Shown here: positions 1-10,837 of the stretch, in pieces
Numbering within the stretch: position 1 is the stretch's first letter
How the letters are laid out: every line of letters begins with the position of its first letter
From: Lingula anatina
Taxonomy: Eukaryota; Animalia; Brachiopoda
Direction of reading: 5' to 3'
NCBI GenBank assembly: GCA_051362555.1
Contig: CM120643.1
Location: forward strand, 22,572,848-22,636,847
Length of the DNA stretch: 64,000 bases
Notes under the pieces: generated by a model
Seen by the model: the letters and a program-made list of their open reading frames with translations, nothing else
Told to the model about the DNA's origin: nothing
Databases searched by the model: none
Translations under genes and position numbers: made by a program

Positions 1-1225
1 TGAGGAAAGGTGTATCCTGGTATGGAGACTCGGTCAAAGAGCGGGTATAATTTACCAAAATTGATCTAAAAACAATTTTTTCCAGTAAGGTTCAAGGTAG
101 CAAAGGGGGAGGGGTGTTTTCGATGTCCGTTTTCCTAACTCTAACTAATGGGACAAATCCTTTGTGTTACAACAATCTCGAAGATTCAATTTTATTAGCA
201 TGTTGAAATTAACATTACAATCAATATCGCACTTTAATGAATTATTTAGTAAAAGAAAAAAGAGTAAATTTTCCAGGAAAGGAAATAATTGATGATTTGA
301 TGCTAAAATATACCCCACGTGCAAAACAACTAAAATAATTCTAGGGCGCAACGAGTCAAGGCTAATAATGCCACTATAAAGTCAGTGTATATCTTGTCCT
401 TGTCTTGAATAAATGTGCTTATTAGCTTTATCTCTTGTACAGTTGTAATTATTAAGACTCAAATAATCGTTTTTGAGACTCCAGCAACTCCCATTGAACT
501 TAAATTGACTTTGAACAGTGATTGCTGCCGCGACACATGTACATGAACCAGTAATATACCTTCATAATGATCAATATACAAAATTGGTACCGCTATAAAG
601 CCATCTGGAATTTCGAAACCTCTTATGTATCTGTTTTACTGAGCAAAGACCATCTTTATTCAGCGTCAAATACCCATCTTCAGTTTTCTTATGTTATTCT
701 GGTAAACCGCCATTAAAACAAACAATAACCATGCCAGTGTATAAGTACTTGTATTAGAATATAATTGATGTCTATGAACAGCAGATTTATATATAAATCG
801 TCTTTAATGATAAATTTCTGGGATGTGTTTCCACTGTAAAAATTAATTTCATTGTGCCAGCGTGGGTCGTTGTAATTGTTTTCGTTGACAAACCTCTATA
901 AGTTATTCAACGATTTTGTTTTACGCCACTTTTGTCTCACCGCTCCTCTGTTCAATATCAAATTAGTTAATTTATAATAAAGAGAAATTCGAAAAAGAAA
1001 AAATACATTACTATCTGTTTAAATACGATTTTATGAAAATTTCCCGAAGTCATATCTCTATGCCCACACATCATGCAAAGCTACTATTTTTTTCCAATTC
1101 AGACCTTAAAAGCTATACAACTCCTCAAATAAAAGTGCCTGGCGTCGATAGTTCCCTCTGAAATGTACTGGAAGGCATGGCATTCTAAATGACTGGTCAG
1201 TCATTACAACTAAATCATGAAATTA

Positions 1226-1516
1226 CAGTGGCAGATTTGTCAGCGGGGTCCTGACCCCCCTTTTTGATTTCTCATAAAAAAAAAAAATACAAATAAAAAG
1301 GTCTAGTTGAATCACAGTTCTAAACCGTACCAAATGGCGCCATTTGCCCTCTAAAACACCAATTTTTTATCGGCGACCGCGAGCGTGTCCAGAACCTGAC
1401 GCTAAGGGGTGAGGGTCGGCCTCGCAATCCGAGACTTGTCAATCCCTAAAAAAAAAAAAAAAAAAAAAAAAAAAACTGGACCCCCCCTCCTTTAAAAAAT
1501 TCAGGATCCGCCCCTG
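1226..1516 (+). mobile_element. Non-autonomous TIR element (MITE), CAG...CTG termini
   Basis: Starts CAGTGGCAGATTT and ends GGATCCGCCCCTG (imperfect TIR). Flanks are AATTA / AATTT (4/5 match). Internal block 1302-1365 matches the reverse complement of about 2632-2695. Confidence 0.65.
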
Positions 1517-2530
1517 AATTTCTTATTACACAAAATAATCGAATCCAAGCTCATGGGCGGGTCAAGCCATGATTTGCGAGTAGGAGGAATTGCTTTTATT
1601 ATCAAGGACAATTCATTTTGGTGGGTAATTCCCGTAAAGAGTACCTTTCAAAGCAATAAACATCGCTCGTTACGCGCCCCCCCCCCCCCTCCCCTCGGTT
1701 TAACACAAATTCAGCCTCAGGACAATTTTTCGCACGTTGTTTGATGCCCAGCGACGTGATAAGTTGTCACTACACCACCGACAGCCAGAACTAGCCTCCT
1801 TTTCATGACTGATAAAATGTCAAATGTCATAGATGCATAGGTCACAGAGCCTGAAATATAGTCCTTCTATTTCAATTAAAAATTATGAACTGAAATGCTT
1901 TTGAATGCGTGAATTTACTTCGTATCTTAATGATGTCCTCCACTGTTACTTAATTATTGTTGGCATAGATGAATTTTTCAGTGATTTATAAAAGGTACTT
2001 TTAATGCTGAGCGTAGTGATACGAGATATGAAAAGCGGGAAACCAGTGGCATTCAAGATTCTGCGGCAAACGAGGGCGAAATACGGCACACCAATAGGAC
2101 TCATCAGTACCTGTTAACTGGACAGAAAACACCTTACGGTAATGTCCTCATCGTTTTTATTAATATTTTTTATCAAAATATTACTCGTATTCATAATTAT
2201 TGTTGGCATTTTAAACAAAATATTAGACTATTCATTTGATAGACGAGAGGCTATTGTTGGGGAAAATGATCATTTGTATCTTTGATAAGGTCATTAACCT
2301 TGTTATTTTATAACGTACCTAAAACACCATAAAACTATTTATATGATATTATAGAATACTTCTACACTAGACTGCAATAACGTGAAATGTGTGTTCAAAT
2401 CAGTTAAGTAATTTTGAATGAATTACAGTCGCAAAATACAAAGTATAACCCATGTATACGTAGACCGTAAAATGCCGCGCTCTACTAGTGCTTGGAGTGC
2501 AAGTCACTGTACACTGATATGGGTTATACC

Positions 2531-2778
2531 CAGGGCCGAATCCCGGATTATTTGAAGGGGGGGGGGGATACGCAGATGCAAAGCCTCCCCCCTCCCCCAC
2601 TTGGCGTGGGGCCCGATGAAGAGCACCGAAAAATTTTGGTTTTTTAGAGGGCGAATGGTGCCATTTGTTACGGTTTAGAACTATGATTCAGCTAGTTAAA
2701 ATTCTAATTTCAAGAGGGGACCAGAAATCAAAGGGGGGTGTCAGGACCCCCCTGACCCCCCCTCTAAATCTGCCACTG
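2531..2778 (-). mobile_element. Second copy of the same MITE family, inverted orientation
   Basis: CAGGGCCGAATCC...AAATCTGCCACTG, with a perfect 5-bp direct repeat ATACC at 2526-2530 and 2779-2783. Shares internal sequence with 1226-1516. Confidence 0.7.
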
Positions 2779-2927
2779 ATACCATGTTTTTCTGTAATTA
2801 CGGTTGTTAATTTACTCAGCTCCAAACAAAGACTTGCAAGATAAATGAATAATCCAACCCGTGCATAAGAATGATTTTAAAGATACAACCTAGCCTGAGA
2901 TTGTTTTCCTTTTTGCAGGTTCATGAA

Positions 2928-5900
2928 ATGTCCAGCACACCAACAAACGTGGTAAAGTCTATGGAACAAGATGGAACTGCAAGTACACCAGATCACCATA
3001 CAAATGGAGCCACCATCCAAATCTCACACAATCCTGATAGAACCTATACCCCAAGAACACATCATACAGGTAGAACCACCATCCAAGCACCACTTGGTCC
3101 AAATGGACTCCCTAATCAACCGGAGATGCTTAACAGCGGAGAAACAGTCGAGGACATTCCACCAAAAGATGGGGCCTCTAGCCAAGAAAAGCAACCTACA
3201 TTTACAGATGAAGTCCCCGTACCCAAAAAGCCCTCAACAGATGGAGACACCATTCAGGTACTTTGTGCCAAGGGAACCAATGCCACAGGAGTGGTTACCG
3301 ATGTCACCACCAGTGTCACCACCACTGTCACCAGCAGTGTCATCACCACTGTCACCCCATTACAGCATACAGATGGAATGACTGTGACAGTGTCCGACAC
3401 TCAGCTTGACAGAAGCTCAGTTCATTCTTTGGCAAAAGATACTGATTTGGCCAGAAGCCCAAGTCCTGCTATGGGATCGAAGGCCACTGAAATGCAGACC
3501 ACCAGTGATAGATATGAAACTAATGACATTGTTGGTAATGAGTTAAAAGCAGAAAAAAAAGAAACAGTGGATACCAACGAGATTGATGTTGTTACCGACA
3601 AGATAAGAGAAATAAGAATGGGCATGGATAAACCCAAAGATGAGTTCAGATGTGATGAAAAAGCAAAAGAAGCCACAGAGGCAACAAGTACCTGCCACTC
3701 AGGTGCAACATTAGGAGAAGCAGTGTTTGAAACTATCCATGTGTATAAAGATGAGGAGCGTGGTACAGACGTTAGACGAGTTGCAGAAAAAGATGACATG
3801 TGTAAGGATAAGGATACACCAGCTGCCATGGAAACATCTGTTGCTAAGGAAAAGCAAGATTCCTTTGAAACACCAGTGAAAGATGGCCATGTTGGAAATG
3901 AGGAAAAGCCTTACTTCACACCTACTGGTTTGACTCCCCGTCAGGCGAAACTGGCATGGGATGCCAAAGAAAACCAGTCACCATTACTGATGCAGTACTA
4001 TCAAAGTGAGTAAAATATAAAAGTCAACATGAAAAGATAAGTCACTCTTGTCCTTAAGTACCAATTTATTACGTTAGTAATAAATCCATGACTCATGACA
4101 AGTGTTTTCTATGTCATATAGTGAAAAATAGTTTGATAAAATATAATTGCCCCATAGTGTACAGTATTAAAATTTTTCAGAAAACCATGTGAAGCTTTCC
4201 AATACACTTCTTAAGCCCTTTTTAGGCAATTATCAAATTTTCATTTTGGATCTGGGAAGGTACTGTAATAACCTTGTATATAGTCCTATTTAGCCCTCCC
4301 TGGTTGACCCTTTTTGAATTACAGACCTTGGGGTATCCAATCTGGAATTTGTCTTGCAATTTCCTCCTGCCCACAAATGGACATTGCTCGACCAATCACT
4401 GTGTTTGGATTTGTTGTCTTGTACCATTTCTTATATAAAATATTTAGCAATGTCTTCTTGACATTTCTGAGGGAAACATCAACATCATGCACTTGTATAC
4501 TCAGGCCTACCCAACTACCAGACTCGGCACCTAAGGATCCTGAATTAACCGGTATATCGGACCACACTACCCGTTTTCAAGGTGTGTGTCAGATCGCATT
4601 TCTGAGTATCAGCCAGAACACCGACAGGATGAGCCCTGACATGCTCGGCTGTCACCTTGATTGGATAGTAAACGATTGTCGTAAAATCGCTATATGATTT
4701 TAAAACCGGGTGCATAATTTTGAAAGCCGCCTAGATGAACTTTAGACTGCCACATTAATCTAATACAATGCAAAAAAGCCCTATCAAAAGTGGTTAAAAC
4801 ATTCAAACCGAATGTCGTAAAGTCCCCATATATCCCCATAGAGACAATAAAATAGAGTACTCTAAAGTAAGAGTACAGTTTAAGGTTGTTCAGCCGAGTG
4901 TGAATGAGCCCGCAGTCGTGCTACAAAATTTGTTCTGGGGTATGATACTCCGAAATGAGATCTGACACACACCTTGAAAACGGGTAGCGTGGTCCGATAT
5001 ACCGGTTAATTCAGGATCCTTAGGTGCCGAGTCTGGTAGTTGGGTAGGCCTGATACTTAAGAGTTTTAGTTATCATTTATAAGGTCAGAATTGGAAAGAA
5101 AAGTAACTTTGCAGGATATGTAGACAAAGAAAATATGAATCTTAGGGAGTTTCAAACGCAGGTAGCATACATTTACACATTTTCTTTTCAGACAAGGCAC
5201 GCCTACCACGCAACCAGAGACCCTCCTTACCTCTGACGTCCATAAGTGACAGTGAAGTCAGCTACTCCCATAATGAAACACTGGAAATATCCACATGCAG
5301 CAATTGCCGCTGCCAGATGAATCATTCCAACTACAGTGAAATGGGTTAATGTTTCCATATTCATAAATTCAATATATTTGAAGAAAAGTAATATGCTAGG
5401 TTTAATAATTATGTAATAAGATTGGCTTTTAATGGGAATCGCCCTAAAAATTTGTAATGAAAGAGATAAAAGAGAAGAGCATGTTGAAGGGATTGCGTGG
5501 ACCTGGGTTGGCCCAACTGCTCCATGGTAAGAGTTGGAAGAGAAATTTGTGCACAGCGACATGTATGAGACAATATTTTACATAATCAGTAAAGGTGGGA
5601 ATAATCCAGATTTATCACAGAGTGCTTCTGTATATAGACACTGCATGTGTCTGTCTGTATCCTGATAACTGTGTCTGTCTATTATGTAGCTGTTGCCACC
5701 AGTGCCTGACACATTGTTTTACCCTGAATTTACTGATTCAGCACTATTCATTGGTAAAAAGAAGGGTCCTTTTCAAAAATCAGTATGATCAGATTATTTT
5801 TTTTACAAAAGTAATTGATTTCTTGCATGTATTTTTGGTAATAAGTTAATAAGACAGGTTCCTTAAGAAAATCAGCTTCATTGGATTACTTTTACAAATT

Positions 5901-8357
5901 TGAGTTTTTTTTTTTTTAATATCGTTGCAGTGTTTATTTTGCTGATGATGATGTCACAAGTATTTGCAAATTTTTATGTCTAGTTCTGCATCCAAAAAAG
6001 GTCAATTTTCTTGATCCTTATTTTTCTTAAGCTTATCACTTAAATGAAAAAGTGGCAAAATGTTTAATGAAATGGAAGGGCAAATACTGCTGTAACAGTA
6101 ACCTCACAAGAAAGAATAAAATATTTGACTCATGCTCATTGAAAGCTGCATTAACATTCAAAAAAGTAAAATAAAAAAGGGAGTAGCTATACTGCTGCAA
6201 ACAGGAAAGGAGTTCAATTGATTATGTATTGCTTTTCACCTTTGAACTTAAAGAATTAGTTTTTATAATGTATATTTTTTCTGGTATTAACTGAATCTTA
6301 TAAATATTACTTATTTGAATCTTCAAGTATCTCTAACTAACTGTTTACGTTATGTAGAGTTGACTCTTTATACATTGTACGTTTTTTTTCAGATGACACC
6401 AACAATGAAAGTGAATGTTGCTGTGCAGAATGTGGTGCCAGCTCATTTACGTCGGTAAGCAGTGACCAATCGAATCCCAGCATTCAGGAAATTAGCCAAT
6501 CACAAACTGAGGAAATGTCCAGTTCAGAAGATGAAGAAGATGGAGCAGAGGATGAAGTTGCTGAGGATGAAAATAAGAACATGGAAGTGAAATTACCACC
6601 CTTCTATACTTTCCACCATCTTAAATATGAAGATAGATACAAGATTTATAAAAATATTTTAGGTAATTAAGGTACATTGGGGTTGCGTTTGGCAATATTG
6701 GCCTAGCAAGGGGCACATTTTCAAGGACGTACAAGTAACTACCCGGGTAAATGACAAAAGAGAGCTATTCAGTCCCATTCCTTTATTTTAAGGAGAAAAA
6801 ATATTAATACTATGGGCCTCAGAAGACTGTTTCATGTCCTTCAAAATGTCCAAAAGTGCACTATTGAAAATGTTATTTTTGAGGGAGAGGTAAGGAGTAA
6901 AAAAAACATTCATGAATAAAATGGGGGAGGGGAGGGCTTTATTTTTGATCTGGCAGTGGGCAGAAGAAGAATATGGTGAAAATGGCTTGATACATGCTTT
7001 ACAAACTATTTCCTTTACTTTTCTCAGTATATTACTTAACTGAAACCCTGGCAATGCTTTTTTTTTTGTGTGTGTGTATGTGTGTGTGTGCTTGAGTGTG
7101 CATTGCGTGTCATTTCCTAGAATTATGAGATATGATTGTGCCTCAGGTAACATAGGAATACCTGTCAGGGGTAATCATTTCCATGGGGTTCAGTCACCAA
7201 TTTTACACCGATTTTAATGACCTACTCAAAAAATTCTCCACGTGTACAGTACATGTACATGCCCCATAAACTTTTCAGCTTACTAGCCATTCAGATCACC
7301 AATTTTTCTAAAATGTAATGGGCATTCACTGGTAGGAGTAAGAATTTTAATAAACTATTAAGCCTGGAAATTTCTCCCTGTTGCATCAATATTAGTAATA
7401 ACTAAACCTATAATGTTCGGACATATGTATCTTTATATTTAGTGGACTGTGCCCCAGAGGACCTACACCAGGCTTTCCAGGAGCACATGATGGAGGCAAT
7501 GTGGCCGTGTCCATGGAAAGCAGTGTGGTCAAGTTGTATAGCCAGTGAGGAGGATGAAGAAGGCTCTGAAGAAATGTTTGAAGTTCTTGTTTCGGTAATG
7601 TTGCTTTTGCAGTTATTTTTTTTTTCGTGTAAGTGGAAGGCTGTAGAGTACCTGGTGGTTTTTCTCCCCTTCCTGGCATGTAAGTGTTATCACAATTTTG
7701 CCTCTGGCATGTAACAGAAAATCCTGGCATGTTACAGATACCAGTGGAACATTACAGAAAAGAAAGATGACAAGTTGTGTTGGTATAGAGGGAGGGGGGG
7801 GGGACTTATGGTACAAGTTTATTCTTCAAACAATCCTTTCAGATAGAAATTCTGACAATTAAACATGGCTTCAAAAAACTTGAGTCAAATTTAATAGCTG
7901 CTGCAAGTATGTATACTGCACATTTTAAATTAATTTACTTTTCAGAGAAAACCATAATTCATTTAGCCTCTTTTGAGATACTGTAACAAGTCGTGTGTAT
8001 CACAAACATGACTCTGTAGATTTTTAAAAGTCATAACATTATTTTTAATTATCTTTTTTTAATTAAGTTTTTTTCACTATACACAAGCTGGGGCAATGAA
8101 AACTCTATTACACCATATACTTATGGTTTTCAGGTTCGGAAAATCTACTTGGACAAAGAGTTTGCCAAGGTCCATCTGGTCCGACCGTTTACCTGTACCA
8201 ACCCCAAGATGACCCAGTGTGAGTTCTACACCTGGCTCCGGATGGACATGATGAACGTGGTGCCACTGTACGAGATCTATCCCATCAAAGACGAGGGGCT
8301 CAATTACCTGGAACCCATAGCTAAAGCCATAGACAGTGCCAGGTATATACTGCTAGA

Positions 8358-8390
<33 letters not shown>

Positions 8391-8515
8391 ACTTTAGGAG
8401 ATCTATCCCATCAAAAATGAGGGAATCAATAAGATGAGGGAATCAATTAACTGGAACCAGTAGCTAATTATATTAAGCCAGTGACAGTGCCAGGTATGTA
8501 CTATTAATTAGTTGT

Positions 8516-8547
<32 letters not shown>

Positions 8548-10837
8548 AAGAGAGAGAGAGCAAACATTTGCTGTATGTATATATTTTTTCTTGACATGTA
8601 TTACACATTATTTGAAAACCGCTAGCACAAACAAGTTCACTGTCATTCTTATAATCTTTCTAATAATTTAAAAAAATATAATTGCTGTAATCTGGCAATG
8701 GCAGGACCAGAAAAAAGACACCATTTCAGTCCAAATATGTGAATCATTGGTATTATATTGTCTATTGGGAAATATTGTATCGACCATGGTTATTATTTTA
8801 ATATCAAGTTAAAATCACAGTGCCACTGAAAATTGGTTTCTTACCTTTTAATGTGGAAAGTAACGTCTTCTAGGCATTTTAAGGAAAGTGCTCTGAAACT
8901 ATTTTAAGTTGTTTCTTACAATCATGCCCCAGGCCTCTGAGAAAGTGATGAACTCTCATTTTTTAAACTCTCATTTTTCACTCCTTGTTACACGAAAATC
9001 ATCTTCATGTAGAAATGGTATGCTGGTAATGGGAGTGGGCTTGAAATATGCTTCACCTTCGAGGATGCACAAATATATATATATATATTATGGAATTCTT
9101 TTCTAGATTTTTCTATCAATATTTGTGGAGGTTCTGGGATTCAGAAGAGTCAGATGACTATGAGTGGATATCAAGACACTTAGAAAGAAGATTACGACTG
9201 TGAGAAAAATTATTTTATATATCTTTATATATATATATATATATAAAGACATCAAAAGTGCATGATGTTTGAAAGCTGGTCTTTTCTAAGGAATGCGTAT
9301 TTGCTCAATTTTTTTAAGATTATTTTTTCAAAGTCATGTAATAATTATAAGAAAATAATAATTTGCCAACCCCATCTCTAGAATTTCCAGAATTTTGTTT
9401 GGTATACCAATTCATAAATAAGAAATTCAGATCTTTTTTTTTTGTTGGTCGTTTACAGATACTATGACATCCAGGAAGGCAAGGTGCCAGATGCTAGTAA
9501 CTTTAAAAAACGCTTTGAAACCATGGTGATAGAGGCAAACGAAAAACACTCTGAATTGGTCGACCTCTACTCTGCGGTCAGTATGTCCGACTCGGACACT
9601 GACCTCAACGCGACTGACCAGGAATTGACCCAGTGTGCCGATGACCTGAAGGTTCTGAGGGATAAACTGGAAATGATGGAGGACCCTGTTCTAAGGCAAG
9701 TTGAATTTTTCACAAAATTATATTATTATGCTATATCACTGACACCTTATTTGGATTATTTTAAAGGGGATATACTTTTTAAAGGGGTCGGTTTCAACTT
9801 GAACTAATGTGCATGGTGCAATTGTTGGAGAAAAGGCTTCAAGTGCTTGTCATTTTTTTCTCCAGCATGCTGATATCACAGAGAAAGAGAGAGAGGAGGA
9901 TTGTTGATGTGAAATAAATCATAGACATGAGAGGCAGTTCTTAGGTCCAGACTTAATTTCATTAGATGTTCAAACAAAAAAGTACAAGTCATGCAAGTAA
10001 AACACTAAAGAATGTTAAGCATGTTTCATACCACACTATTTAATCGTCTTATTGAGTTATGATATGGGAAGGCCCTTCTTTATTGTGGTCTCTATACAAT
10101 AGAATACTTTAGAAATATATATATATATATGCTAATGGTTTATATAGGGTCAGTACATGCAATACAATGGGGGTTCTTAGAAAAGTGACTATTAGTGATG
10201 TGTACATGGAATAAAGCAGTCAGACGGAGACAGATGTCTGAAGCTTGCAATGCTAAGGTGAGATGAACATGTAACATCTCAGAGTTATAATTTTTCATAC
10301 CACACTATTTAATCGTCTTATTGAGTTATGATACATGCAGCATTTGCCATTCAAAGTAATGCACCAAGCAAAACTCTGAACAGACAAATCTCTTAAGGGG
10401 TCATAAAGGGTGAAAATGTTATGAATTGACCAATTTTGTACAATATTTCTGAAACTGCTTCAACAAGACCATGTCTTGTATCTTCATTAGGTAGTGACAT
10501 TGACAATTCTTGTCCATGCAGATTAAGGCTGAATAAAAAAAAAAAAGATGTAGATCAGAAAAACATAAGTTCTAATTATTAGCATACTGGGTATATGCTT
10601 GAAGCTATTAGCCAGTTGGGGGTATAATGAAAATAATAGAAATAATAATCAAAATTTGGCACAATATGGCACTGGTCTGACGATTATCACCGTTTTTAAT
10701 CAAGATAGAAAATCTTACAAAGTGTCCAAGAAACATTTCAAGGTTATGGCTTAACACTTAATTAACAACTTTAATAATGAGAATGCTTGCACTTCAGGTT
10801 ACAGGTCCTGGGAACAGTTGAAGATGCAGACAAGTAG
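2928..10837 (+). CDS. SHCBP1: SHC SH2-domain binding protein 1 / Nessun dorma-like protein (~743 aa), apparently lacking the C-terminal pectin-lyase domain
   Basis: Phase-consistent exons: 2928-4005, 5192-5344, 6393-6662, 7443-7594, 8134-8342, 9107-9199, 9459-9695, 10798-10837. The translation includes VPLYEIYP, ARFFYQYLWRFWDSEESDDYEW..HLERRLRLYYDIQEGKVP and LRDKLEMMEDPVLR, matching the SHCBP1 family N-terminal region as I recall it (RFFYQNIWRSWD..RLRLHYDI..LIENPLLR). The last exon depends on a GC donor and is less certain. It could be a paralog rather than the ortholog. Confidence 0.75.
4502..5052. mobile_element. MITE with ~110-bp TIRs and 5-bp TSD
   Basis: CAGGCCTACCCAACTACCAGACTCGGCACC... 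(4502-~4611) is a near-perfect inverted repeat of ~4942-5052. ATACT is present at both 4497-4501 and 5053-5057. Confidence 0.9.
8398..8540 (+). pseudogene. Decayed duplicate of the 3' half of exon 8134-8342 with its donor site and (GT)n
   Basis: GAGATCTATCCCATCAAA..GAGGG..CAATTA.CTGGAACC..TAGCTAA..GACAGTGCCAG|GTAT repeats 8272-8390 with indels and stop codons. Confidence 0.8.

Noticed and set aside
2971-3829. Overlapping alternative-frame and antisense ORFs in the large exon
   Set aside because: These are expected by-products of a long, low-complexity coding exon.
4314-4697. 127-aa ORF overlapping the MITE
   Set aside because: No transposase motifs, and it spans the element boundary by chance.
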